Shown here one piece after another: positions 50,601 through 59,104 of a stretch of DNA of 64,000 nucleotides (its first letter is position 1; every line of letters begins with the position of its first letter). The DNA is taken from positions 922 to 64,921 of the forward strand of contig CAMZLB010000031.1 of NCBI GenBank assembly GCA_947311515.1. Reading direction: 5' to 3'. The DNA comes from Candidatus Moraniibacteriota bacterium (GTDB taxonomy: Bacteria > Patescibacteriota > Minisyncoccia > Moranbacterales > GCA-2747515). The translations under genes and the position numbers were made by a program. The notes beneath the pieces are model-generated. The model ran no database searches. It worked only from the letters and a program-made list of their open reading frames with translations, and was not told the origin of the DNA.

Positions 50601-51817
50601 AAAACATCTTTAATGACCAAATGCCCACTTTCAGCAAGACCAGCATCATTTGTATAAGTATAAGCTAAAGTATAAGAGACTGTATCACTAGGCACAGCTG
50701 TGGAGGTTGAAGCTGTCTTATTTATACGCGCTTTTGCCCCTGTAAATGTCACTCTATCTCCTCTTGTACCAATTATGGCATCTGGATATTGATTAGGAAT
50801 ATAATTTGTCCCAATAAAAGCATTGTTATTTATTTTATAAGCAAAACAATTAACAATTTCATCTCCATACTGTAGTGGTTGCCCGGTTAATAAATCATTT
50901 GTGCGCACCTTATGATTTAGCCACATAAATAAATAAGCTCCTGGCGGATGAACTACCCCATTGCGAAGTTTAATTTTTATTTTTGTCACCGAACCAATCC
51001 CTTGAGAGTCTGCTCTAGCCTCATCAGCTGTTGCAAACCACCCCCCTATTCCATTACATTCATTTTCAATTTCAGTTTTATATGAAACTGTTTGATCTCC
51101 ACCTCGTGAAGGAAGCCAAGAATTATCTACATAACGAGCCGAATATTCAAATTCATAAGGACCGGGGCTGGCACTATCGCTATAGTCACCGGAATCATGA
51201 CCTATATAATATTTTACTGGATCTGCATTGTTGTTATGAGCATAACCATTATAGCTTGTCTGTATACCAGTATAAAATTGATTGTCTTCAATATCTTGAA
51301 TTTCTAATCGATAAGCATCAATAACATCGCACATCTCCTCTGTAAAATCAGTTCCTCCTGTATTAGTAGAACGTATATTTGTAGAAAATTCATAACCACT
51401 ATTAACCATTCCTTCTCCCGTTCGAACACCCATAGCCCCTCCTGGCCAACTCCAAACACTCGAAGTGTCACCACGATAATATTTACCGAAAGATCCTCGT
51501 AAACCATACAAGGTTAGAGAATAGTCATTATCATTTTCTGATTCATGATTAGCTCCAAAATTTGAATTACCCGTTGGTGTAGTTGGGTCAAAACTTCTTA
51601 ATTTATTTTTTGTTAGCAATACTCCATCATCACTGTTTCCCGTAACACCATAATTTCCTGCTTCAACATCCGAAAGAGGTACAAAAACATTTACCGAACC
51701 AATAGCCGCTATTGCCCTACTGGCTGGCAAATCTCCTCCTGTATACATTTTTGTTGGATAATTATTTAAAGTAGCATCCACATGCGAAACTGTTACACCA
51801 ACATCAGTTCCGCTCAC
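47636..51817 (-). CDS. Giant cell-surface protein, C-terminal 1393-aa segment. Contains a DUF11-like domain, 3.5 SdrD-B/Cna-B-type repeats and a C-terminal LAKTG motif.
   Basis: Tandem about 120-aa units starting GNRVWTDSNANGIQDAGENG..., GDKIWLDDNLNGLQDAGENG..., GDKVWRDDQRDGIQ.... Partial fourth unit GNYIWLDKDGDGKQD. ...EEKLAKTGENWWKTIWEIVKSSEIF end. ORF begins at GTG directly after an in-frame TAA. Confidence 0.7.
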   Translation of the reverse strand: MSGTDVGVTVSHVDATLNNYPTKMYTGGDLPASRAIAAIGSVNVFVPLSDVEAGNYGVTGNSDDGVLLTKNKLRSFDPTTPTGNSNFGANHESENDNDYSLTLYGLRGSFGKYYRGDTSSVWSWPGGAMGVRTGEGMVNSGYEFSTNIRSTNTGGTDFTEEMCDVIDAYRLEIQDIEDNQFYTGIQTSYNGYAHNNNADPVKYYIGHDSGDYSDSASPGPYEFEYSARYVDNSWLPSRGGDQTVSYKTEIENECNGIGGWFATADEARADSQGIGSVTKIKIKLRNGVVHPPGAYLFMWLNHKVRTNDLLTGQPLQYGDEIVNCFAYKINNNAFIGTNYIPNQYPDAIIGTRGDRVTFTGAKARINKTASTSTAVPSDTVSYTLAYTYTNDAGLAESGHLVIKDVLPEGFEYIDGSTTGANEPVIGTCNDVDVSLTCDDNVNTVLLWDFGVVGANGNFSDIVYEAKVKASAPVGIANNVTTIEVSTDFTVVSQAQSEVGINISVPASLNIIKSTVGATQRERTVASQDIDYLVDFRNGKPGDLTDLDVIDILPFTGDGNTGAIHFNNITVERNPGTNYHGTEEFTSMSLVAHPESPALCDISVNGGVKYYYTTEMPTNINIAPSVGLANVIGGAQTIWQEGTMTDPPSGMNRSDVTAVRAVGPSMEADATCQLQLKMKIENNLSGDIYSNSAGASATGVTLPVLSNSEAVSIVGSSIGNRVWTDSNANGIQDAGENGLEGVQVELLDGAGNPVNNPVNGQPYVVTTDVNGWYLFEGLNHGDYRVRFTASANHSYSPANQGGDDAVDSDVTNINGQVGTTDTISLEVNEDNNTIDTGMYETVTIGDKIWLDDNLNGLQDAGENGAEGVVVKLLDGDGNPVDNPNNPGTPYTVVTGVNGEYEFIHLMPGQYQIELNLPNGYSVSIQNVGGDDTIDSDIDVVTKRSDVVTLASGDIVTSLDAGISQQVSLGDKVWRDDQRDGIQQDWEPGLEGILVELLDGAGNPVDDPANPGTPYTITTGSNGDYLFENLLPGDYQVQFTPPADHNPTDKNQGGDTTKDSDININTLTTDVVHLHSGENNTSIDAGFYALYANVFDPPHAIKTVGETGENEIEWTMVWINDGNMTAIATQILDDVPAGTTYVANSFTCEARGASVTSVCTYDVAENRVRWEGDIAPDPRGTNEDDSLNEVVLVYRTTVPAEMKTVENQASAHWDANGDGDFSDDITGGQEPVVTDNDTINGEDQTVWNRTEKAERDSSIGNYIWLDKDGDGKQDKDEKGLEDIHVKLIWVGPDNKFGTDDDYIWKTKTDKYGKYKFDILPKGKFKVIVKKHDVRHFIETYEKGGNLNNKIKLTLREGQDYTKADFGYNNTEEKLAKTGENWWKTIWEIVKSSEIF
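48840..49690 (-). repeat. Tandem about 360-bp coding repeats (SdrD-B-like domains) inside the giant surface protein
   Basis: Three successive units identifiable at DNA and protein level (about 49690, 49330, 48965). Units diverged, not identical. Confidence 0.6.
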
Positions 51818-51832
51818 ACTACAATTTACCTT

Positions 51833-52534
51833 TTAAACTCCCTGATTTTGTGGTATATGCTGGTCTGTGTTAGCTTCATGAATTGAACCTGGTCCACTAA
51901 AAGTTATAGGGTTAGCGCTACCAACATAGCCATCTTGCACGTCATAACGACCATTCATATCGCATCTAACCAACTGCGCATTAGGAGAAATTTCATCCAA
52001 CTGATCTGTAAAAGTAAAGGTGACATCATTTCCCATGGATTCATTCCCCAATAAAGAATAAGTGTTATCCGTTGTACCAACTACCTCATCAGTTTTAATA
52101 TAAAAAATATAATTTAATATATAACCATCAACTTCAGGAGTATTAGGATCCCCATCATCATCATAAGTCATTCCCGTATAAGATCTATACAAACCTTTTT
52201 GCAAATTCCATCGGGGTGACGCTGTAACTGTCAAAGAATATCCATCCGTATCATCAGAAACGGTTGTAGCATTTTGCCCAGAAACTTCAAAAGAAATATC
52301 TCCAGGAGTTGCTCCATTTGGAGTACCCCCCAACACTCTTGCTGTAAATAATAAATCCTCAGCATAAGTAGCTGTATTAGTAAAATTATTTCTAACACAA
52401 GTGAGGGTTAATTTGTCCTGAGAAATACTTGATTGATTTGAATCACAAGAACCTGGTAAATTTGTCCATTCATATTCCCCCGTGGCTGGCAAGGTTCCAA
52501 CTATAGCAACCTCTTCCTCTGGACCATTTTGCAC
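51833..52534 (-). CDS. Middle segment (233 aa) of the same giant surface protein
   Basis: Same frame as 47636..51817, separated only by TAA at 51833-51835 (...QNQGV*KVNCSVSGTDVG...). T/S/G/N/D-rich beta-type composition. Confidence 0.55.
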   Translation of the reverse strand: MQNGPEEEVAIVGTLPATGEYEWTNLPGSCDSNQSSISQDKLTLTCVRNNFTNTATYAEDLLFTARVLGGTPNGATPGDISFEVSGQNATTVSDDTDGYSLTVTASPRWNLQKGLYRSYTGMTYDDDGDPNTPEVDGYILNYIFYIKTDEVVGTTDNTYSLLGNESMGNDVTFTFTDQLDEISPNAQLVRCDMNGRYDVQDGYVGSANPITFSGPGSIHEANTDQHIPQNQGV

Positions 52535-52875
52535 ACCATTCCAACTCCAACCAGCTGATACCTCAAATACATCTTCGTCCTCACTATCAAATCACCACTA
52601 TAGGTATCATCACTGGGATCACTAGTGGTTCCATTGTTAGAATATCCTGGGTCATTAGCAAAATCACAACCGTCCGTTGGGTCAGCTGGACAAATATTAA
52701 CATCATTAACTAAATCGCCAACATTATTTAAAGGTCCTTTTATCCCGCCAGTCTGAGTGTATTTAGTTGTTATATTTAAACTAGCTGCGAAAGCATTATC
52801 TAGTGAGTACACAAAAACCCCACTAATGATAATAGTCATTATCAACAACTTACCTAAAATATTTTTCATTTTCAT
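52501..52875 (-). CDS. N-terminal segment (signal peptide plus first 100 aa) of the giant surface protein
   Basis: MKMKNILGKLLIMTIIISGVFVYSLDNAFA signal peptide. Reading continues in the -1 frame at about 52585-52595 (...DDTYSGD | FDSEDEDVFEVSAGWSWNG...) into the 233-aa ORF. Confidence 0.55.
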   Translation of the reverse strand: MKMKNILGKLLIMTIIISGVFVYSLDNAFAASLNITTKYTQTGGIKGPLNNVGDLVNDVNICPADPTDGCDFANDPGYSNNGTTSDPSDDTYSGDLIVRTKMYLRYQLVGVGMVCKMVQRKRLL

Positions 52876-52910
52876 TTTTTATATTGTTATTATTTTTCTA
52901 AGATATTTAT

Positions 52911-52941
52911 ATTATACCACCCCCCCCTTTAGCTATAGCAA
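52911..52941 (-). promoter_or_regulatory. Candidate promoter of giant surface protein gene: TTGCTA-19 nt-TATAAT with G8 homopolymer inside spacer
   Basis: Minus-strand read: TTGCTAtagctaaaGGGGGGGGtggTATAATataaatatcttagaaaaataataacaatataaaaaATG. C8 on plus at 52920-52927. Confidence 0.45.
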
Positions 52942-53079
52942 GTTATCATAAGGCGAATATCTGCTTTTTATTCAGATTATAACACTTACTAAGTAGTCAG
53001 CTTTACAATACAGACCTGATTAATCAAAAAAGATTTTTTGGATATACCATCATATTCTCCAAAGCTTAATCCTACAGAT

Positions 53080-53514
53080 TTATTTAATTTTTTCAATGTC
53101 TACAATAAGTGTTGTTTCTGGTAAATATCTGATTATTAATTTAGAATCTTTGCTATAAAATTGACTTATTAATCTATCTACATAACTATTTCCATTTTCA
53201 CAAATTAAACTTTTTCGTGCAAAGAAAAACCAAGTTGCTTTTTTTTGAAAATGTATTTCAGATAAAACACAAGTATTTTTCTTAATATATTGTTCCTTCT
53301 TAGATAAATAACCAATAGTATCTAAAAATAATGACTTCTGAGGAATTAACCAAATAAGTAGCACTGTAATTGCAAATCCCCTTACTACATTATCTATAAT
53401 AGCTGTTCTTATGCCATATTTAGTAATAAAACTTGGATTTATAATTACTGTTACGAGTATAAGAATCCCAACTGCAGCAATTAACCAATTTTTAATTAAA
53501 ATATAAGTTATCAT
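53080..53514 (-). CDS. Membrane protein, possibly bacterial PH-domain (YdbS/DUF304-like)
   Basis: Two N-terminal TM helices then about 90-aa soluble domain. Weak assignment. Confidence 0.25.
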   Translation of the reverse strand: MITYILIKNWLIAAVGILILVTVIINPSFITKYGIRTAIIDNVVRGFAITVLLIWLIPQKSLFLDTIGYLSKKEQYIKKNTCVLSEIHFQKKATWFFFARKSLICENGNSYVDRLISQFYSKDSKLIIRYLPETTLIVDIEKIK

Positions 53515-53605
53515 CTAATTTCCTTTATTTTTTATTGGAATATTACTTATTTTTGACTTCATTACTAGGCATTTTAACATATTTTCTTATTTAATACTAT
53601 AGACA

Positions 53606-55057
53606 CTAGATTATTTTAGTTCCTAATAATTTTAATTTTTTGCCATTTTTTGTAGAACCTAATACACTTACAACTAAATCATCAGTAAGCAATATCTTTT
53701 TGTCCTTTGCGTCAAGTACAAGCTGTTCAAGACAATCTCTACGTAACTTGTCAGGTGAATATAAAAACGGAGTTACGCCCCACACCAATGATAGTTGCCT
53801 GTATGTAACTATATTATCAGTAGCAACTAGTATCATTCTTTGTGGTCTTTGTTGAGAAAGCAATCTTGCAGTAAATCCCGTTTCTGAATACATAACTATA
53901 GCTTTTGCCTCCATTTCTTTTGCAAATTTATATGTAGACTTAGCAATTTTAGATTCTTCTGAATTCATATCCATACTAACATCAGTTACCAAATCATCAT
54001 AGGTACTAGCTTCTGTTTCTGTGGAAATATGAGACATTATTGAAACAGCTTCAATCGGATACTTTCCTACAGTAGATTCAGCGCTAAGCATAGTAGCATC
54101 CGTGAGGTCTATAACTGAATTTGTTACATCTGCAATTTCTGCTCTAGTTGGACGAGGATTAAATTCCATACTAGCCAACATTTGTGTTGCCACAATAACT
54201 GGCCTTAAATATTTGCGACATTTCAGAATTATATCTTTTTGAAAAAGTGTAACATGAACAGGATTAACTTCTATTCCTAAATCTCCTCTTGCAACCATAA
54301 CTACATCAACTTCTCTCAAAATTGCATCTAAATTTTCAAGTGCCTTCTTACACTCAATTTTTGCAATAATTTTTGGTAAATTATCATCTCTACCTAATTG
54401 TTGTTTCATTCTATTTCTCAAATCTATAACATCCTCAGCGGTACGAACAAATGAAAAAGCCACAAAATCAACGTTTTGCTCTAGTGCAAATTTTAAATCT
54501 TTTAAGTCCTTTTTTGTAAGAGTTGATAATGGAATAATAGCATCTGGAATATTCACACCTTTATGATTTTTTACGACTCCTCCAGCAATTACCTCTGTAA
54601 GTATGTGCTCATCGTGCTTATCTAAAACATTCAATACCATTAGTCCATCTTCTACTAAAATCTCATATCCAATTTCAATATTTTTTATAATTTTAGGACA
54701 ATCTAAAATAATAACCTTATTTTCTTTTTTTAACTCATCTATATATTCATCACTAGAATTTATGTCACATATTCTAACTACATCTCCTTCTAAAATTTCT
54801 AATTCTTCACTCATTAATGTTCTAACTCTTGGTCCTTGTAGATCAGCAATAATTCCAATATTTGTATTTAATTTTTTACCAATTTCTCTAACATTTTTCA
54901 TAACTCGCTCATGCCAACTATATTCTCCATGAGAAAAATTAAATCTTGCAACATTCAATCCTGACTCAATCATCTCTTCTATAACTTGAGATGATTCAGA
55001 TGCTGGGCCAATTGTAGCAATAATTTTTGTTCTTTTATTTATTATTTCTTTTTTCAT
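53606..55057 (-). CDS. pyk: Pyruvate kinase
   Basis: KIIATIGPASESSQVIEEMIESGLNVARFNFSHG. MVARGDLGIE. 483 aa. Confidence 0.9.
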   Translation of the reverse strand: MKKEIINKRTKIIATIGPASESSQVIEEMIESGLNVARFNFSHGEYSWHERVMKNVREIGKKLNTNIGIIADLQGPRVRTLMSEELEILEGDVVRICDINSSDEYIDELKKENKVIILDCPKIIKNIEIGYEILVEDGLMVLNVLDKHDEHILTEVIAGGVVKNHKGVNIPDAIIPLSTLTKKDLKDLKFALEQNVDFVAFSFVRTAEDVIDLRNRMKQQLGRDDNLPKIIAKIECKKALENLDAILREVDVVMVARGDLGIEVNPVHVTLFQKDIILKCRKYLRPVIVATQMLASMEFNPRPTRAEIADVTNSVIDLTDATMLSAESTVGKYPIEAVSIMSHISTETEASTYDDLVTDVSMDMNSEESKIAKSTYKFAKEMEAKAIVMYSETGFTARLLSQQRPQRMILVATDNIVTYRQLSLVWGVTPFLYSPDKLRRDCLEQLVLDAKDKKILLTDDLVVSVLGSTKNGKKLKLLGTKII

Positions 55058-55155
55058 TTTTTTTATTTTAGATTTAAGTACTTATCTTTATTATAAAGCA
55101 AAACACACTATACAAAAAGTATAGCATGTTTCTTTTTAAGCGATCTTAAAAAAAT

Positions 55156-55494
55156 CTACTTATCTAAAATGTGAATTCCTCCTATTACAGGAACTTCCTT
55201 CATCTCTCCATTTGATGCAGCTATAATTCCTATTATCCAAAATACAAAGACCGCGATATTTATCAACCATCCTATAACTGGAATAAACGTCATTACAAAT
55301 CCAACTAAAAGAAGTAACAAACTTTGATTCGCATGAAACTTTGCAAAAGGACTGTCTTTTGCATCTGTTAATAAAGGTATAAAAAATACAAGATATGCAA
55401 GCATAGCCATTGTTTTATTTTTTTCCACATCTTCTGACGTAGCTTTTAGTACAGCATCCTGTACCTCTCCTTGTTGTGTTTTTTGTTCTTCCAT
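55156..55494 (-). CDS. DUF4870-like small membrane protein
   Basis: KDSPFAKFHANQSLLLLL motif then two TM helices. Confidence 0.4.
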   Translation of the reverse strand: MEEQKTQQGEVQDAVLKATSEDVEKNKTMAMLAYLVFFIPLLTDAKDSPFAKFHANQSLLLLLVGFVMTFIPVIGWLINIAVFVFWIIGIIAASNGEMKEVPVIGGIHILDK

Positions 55495-55565
55495 TTAAAG
55501 CACCTCCTTTCTAAAAAATTATCAAACCGTATTTAAATTATACCATTATTTCAAAATAAAGGCTA

Positions 55566-56042
55566 TCACAAATTATAATAGCCATTGCTTAAATTATTAC
55601 TTTCATGTATTTCATTTTCTATCTCAATAGGGATATTTTCATTTGCCCTAGTAACTCCAGGATATTTCCATGCACTTATAATCAAAATACTTTTTTGATT
55701 TTTAAATAAATTTTCAAATTTTTCTGGAATATCTAAATTAATTAATTTTTCTATTTCTATATATTTATACATCACCCAAATCTCATTACTCCAAGTTTTT
55801 TTATTAGTCTTTTTATCCATCCTTATTGATTGTGGTTGAACAGCAAGAACTATCTTATCCAAAAAGTTTTTCTCTATTCGAAGTGGATTTTTTATAATTG
55901 AACGAACACGGCTTTCAGTAATTCCGTAATGTTTCATTTTTTCCTTAGAATGAATTGTCCACTTATATAAGTTTGAATTTTTTGGCTCTTTCCATCTCAT
56001 ATTAAATATCTCCATACTTATCAATTCCTCTAAGTCTTGCAA
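55566..56042 (-). CDS. Hypothetical protein (158 aa); real start probably at an internal Met near 56000 to avoid 41-nt overlap with htpX
   Basis: ORF only. Confidence 0.3.
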   Translation of the reverse strand: MQDLEELISMEIFNMRWKEPKNSNLYKWTIHSKEKMKHYGITESRVRSIIKNPLRIEKNFLDKIVLAVQPQSIRMDKKTNKKTWSNEIWVMYKYIEIEKLINLDIPEKFENLFKNQKSILIISAWKYPGVTRANENIPIEIENEIHESNNLSNGYYNL

Positions 56043-56919
56043 TTCTTTCCTCTATAGGAGGATGTGTTGAAAACATTTTTCTTATCTTTTTACTACCAAA
56101 GGGGTTACTTATAAATAAATGTGCTGTAGCCTCAGTTGCCCTATCTAATGGTTTACCACTTCTGCTAATTTTTTCCAATGCTGAAGCCAAACCTTCTGGA
56201 TTTCCTGTTAAATACGCACCTGTTGCATCTGCTAAAAATTCTCTCTTTCTAGAGATAGACATTTGCAAAATTGTTGCCACGAATGGAGCAACAAACATAA
56301 GTACTATTCCTATTATTAAAGTAATTACTCCTCCTCTCCGATTATTACCAGAACCTCCAAAATGTATTATTCTAGCACTCATAGAAATAGTACTTGCAAA
56401 AACAACTGCAATTGTACCTATTAAAACATCCCTATTTGCAATGTGTGACATTTCATGTGCTGCAACACCTATAATTTCCTCCTTATTAAGAGCTTTCAGT
56501 AAACCAGTAGTAAATACGACGACTCCTTTACTTTGATTTCTACCAGTTGCAAAAGCATTAAATGCTGAATCTTCAATTATTCCAATTTTTGGGGTAGGCA
56601 ATCCAGCAGCAATTGCAACATTATCAACTATATCATAAAGTTTCCTATTATTTGAACGTTCGATTATTTTTGCTCCGGATGTCTTGAGTGCTATACTATC
56701 AGAAAACCAGTATGTCCCCACACTTGTAAAAATAGAACCAAATCCAGCAATAATCATGATAAATGGTGATTCTAAGTACACAGACATTATATAACCAACT
56801 CCAAGTATCATACCTCCCATAATAATCAACAAAGACCAAGTTTTTGAAATATTACTTACTTTGTGAGAATACAATGACTTATTTTCTTGTTTCATATTAT
56901 CTAAATTATTTCTTCCCAC
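56002..56919 (-). CDS. htpX: Zinc metalloprotease HtpX (M48)
   Basis: HEMSHIANRD (HExxH), TM helices. C-terminal ...FSTHPPIEERI. Confidence 0.85.
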   Translation of the reverse strand: MGRNNLDNMKQENKSLYSHKVSNISKTWSLLIIMGGMILGVGYIMSVYLESPFIMIIAGFGSIFTSVGTYWFSDSIALKTSGAKIIERSNNRKLYDIVDNVAIAAGLPTPKIGIIEDSAFNAFATGRNQSKGVVVFTTGLLKALNKEEIIGVAAHEMSHIANRDVLIGTIAVVFASTISMSARIIHFGGSGNNRRGGVITLIIGIVLMFVAPFVATILQMSISRKREFLADATGAYLTGNPEGLASALEKISRSGKPLDRATEATAHLFISNPFGSKKIRKMFSTHPPIEERIARLRGIDKYGDI

Positions 56920-57683
56920 CCAACTTCTTCGTCCCTAAGCGTTAAAATTTCATATCCATCTTCTGTTATTAAAATAGTATGCTCCCACTGAGCACTAAGC
57001 GACATATCTTTAGTTACAACAGTCCAATTATCTTCCAATACTAAAGTCTCTTTTTTTCCTGCATTTATCATTGGCTCTATAGTAAAAATCATACCTTTTT
57101 TTATAACTTCACCAGTATTAATTTTTCCATAGTGCAACACCATTGGAGGCTCATGGAATGCTTTTCCGATTCCATGTCCACAATAATCCCTAACGATAGA
57201 GTATTTATTTGACTCTGCATATTGTTGTATTACATATCCGATATCTCCTAATTGTATACCTGGCTTTAGAATTTTAATACCTTCATACATTGCAATTTGT
57301 GATGCGCTGCATATTTTTTTACTCTCTAAACTTGCATTTCCCACTATAAACATTTTACTAGTATCTCCATGATAACCATCTTTTTTTACTGTTATATCAA
57401 TATTCAAAATATCACCATCTTCGAGAATTCTACTATCTGGTATACCATGACAAACCACATTATTTACAGAAGTGCATATTGATTTTGGAAAACCCTTATA
57501 ATTAAGAGGTGCTGGAATTGCTTTTTGTTCCTTACAGATAAAATCATGGCATATTTTATCAAGTTCTTTTGTAGAAATTCCTACTTTTACAAAAGGCTCT
57601 ATCATGACTAAAACTTGAGACGCTAATTTTCCCACGATTCTCATTTTTTTTATTTGATCTTCTGTTTTTATAATTATGGACAT
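56901..57683 (-). CDS. map: Methionine aminopeptidase type I
   Basis: GHGIGKAFHEPP, FTIEPMI, metal-ligand D/D/H/E/E pattern. 260 aa. Confidence 0.9.
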   Translation of the reverse strand: MSIIIKTEDQIKKMRIVGKLASQVLVMIEPFVKVGISTKELDKICHDFICKEQKAIPAPLNYKGFPKSICTSVNNVVCHGIPDSRILEDGDILNIDITVKKDGYHGDTSKMFIVGNASLESKKICSASQIAMYEGIKILKPGIQLGDIGYVIQQYAESNKYSIVRDYCGHGIGKAFHEPPMVLHYGKINTGEVIKKGMIFTIEPMINAGKKETLVLEDNWTVVTKDMSLSAQWEHTILITEDGYEILTLRDEEVGWEEII

Positions 57684-57874
57684 ACCTTCATTATTTATTT
57701 AAATAAAAACCTAAAAATACAGATTTTTATAATTCAAAATATCCCACCTATTACCTAAAGAACGTCTAATATCTCACTTTCTCACTAAAATTTTTAAATT
57801 ATTTAGTAGAAATAATGAAAATTAAGGAGAACTATTGGGACATTTTGGATGAAATTATAGATTTTAGACAAATT

Positions 57875-58456
57875 CTAAAAACTAACTTTTGGTGCACTTT
57901 TTTCTGTATCTGCTATTTCAAAAAATTCTCTTTTTGCAAAATTAAACAATCCAGCAATTATATTACTAGGAACTGTCTCTACTTTTATATTATAATCCCT
58001 CACTGTGCCATTGTAATACCTTCTAGCTGACTGAATTGCAGATTCTGTATTTGTTAATTCATCTTGTAACTGAAGAAAGTTTTCATTAGCTTTTAAATCT
58101 GGATAATTTTCTGATACAGCTAACAACTTACCTAGAGCACCTGATAAACCTGATTGTGCTTGAGAAAATGCCACCATTTGTTCTGGTGTTACATTACTTA
58201 CATCTATATTTATAGATGTTGCTTTTGCTCTAGCTTCTACAACTTGACTTAAAGTCTCATTTTCATGAGTTGCATAACCCTTAACTGTTTCTACTAAATT
58301 TGGAATTAAATCATATCTTCGCTTAAGTTGAACGTCAATTCCACTCCAACCTTCCTCAACATTTGTACGTAATTTAACTAATCCATTATAAATTACAATT
58401 CCACCAAGCACCACGGCTATGCTAAAAATCATAATCATTGCAAAAATTCCAAACAT
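57875..58456 (-). CDS. lemA: LemA family protein
   Basis: N-terminal TM. YNGLVKLRTNVEEGWSGIDVQLKRRYDLIPNLVETVKGYATHE. Confidence 0.9.
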   Translation of the reverse strand: MFGIFAMIMIFSIAVVLGGIVIYNGLVKLRTNVEEGWSGIDVQLKRRYDLIPNLVETVKGYATHENETLSQVVEARAKATSINIDVSNVTPEQMVAFSQAQSGLSGALGKLLAVSENYPDLKANENFLQLQDELTNTESAIQSARRYYNGTVRDYNIKVETVPSNIIAGLFNFAKREFFEIADTEKSAPKVSF

Positions 58457-58538
58457 ATTACTTAATTATTTTTATTTACTACCCTTTATTATATACTAAT
58501 TTTCTAGATTTACCAAGAAATGTGCTATAATATAGATT

Positions 58539-59009
58539 ATGGATTTTATAATAGATTATAAGTTAATATTGATACCGCTCATTGTCATGAGTGTTGCTCA
58601 ACTTATGAAGTTTGGACGCTATGTTTTTAGACATGGTTTTGATTTTGAATACATGCTTACTCCAGGACATTTCCCAAGTGCACACAGTGCTTTTGTTACA
58701 TCTCTTATAATTTGTATCGGCTATTATGAAGACATTTCTAGTCCTGCCTTTGCTGTAGCTTTTGCAATTGCTTTACTTACCATATATGATGCACTTAGAA
58801 TACGGATAAATATTGGAATTCAAGGTAAAGTTTTAAATAGATTAGTATCTCAACTAGACGACCTAAAAGAAGTTGACAAAAAAACTTTTCCTCATCTCAA
58901 GGAGCGAGTTGGTCACTACAAAAGTGAAGTCTTAGGTGGCATATCTGTTGGATTACTAGTATCTACTATACTTATATATATCCTAGACCTAAGTTTTACA
59001 ATAACTTAA
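58539..59009 (+). CDS. Divergent PAP2-family membrane protein
   Basis: GHFPSAHSAFVTSL motif. 4-5 TM helices. 156 aa. Confidence 0.6.
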   Translation: MDFIIDYKLILIPLIVMSVAQLMKFGRYVFRHGFDFEYMLTPGHFPSAHSAFVTSLIICIGYYEDISSPAFAVAFAIALLTIYDALRIRINIGIQGKVLNRLVSQLDDLKEVDKKTFPHLKERVGHYKSEVLGGISVGLLVSTILIYILDLSFTIT

Positions 59010-59104
59010 AAAAGAAATTTCACATTTTTATCACAAGTATCTTATTTCTGATAAAATATGGAATTTATTTTTCATACTCAATTTTAATTATTTGCATACA
59101 TGAT

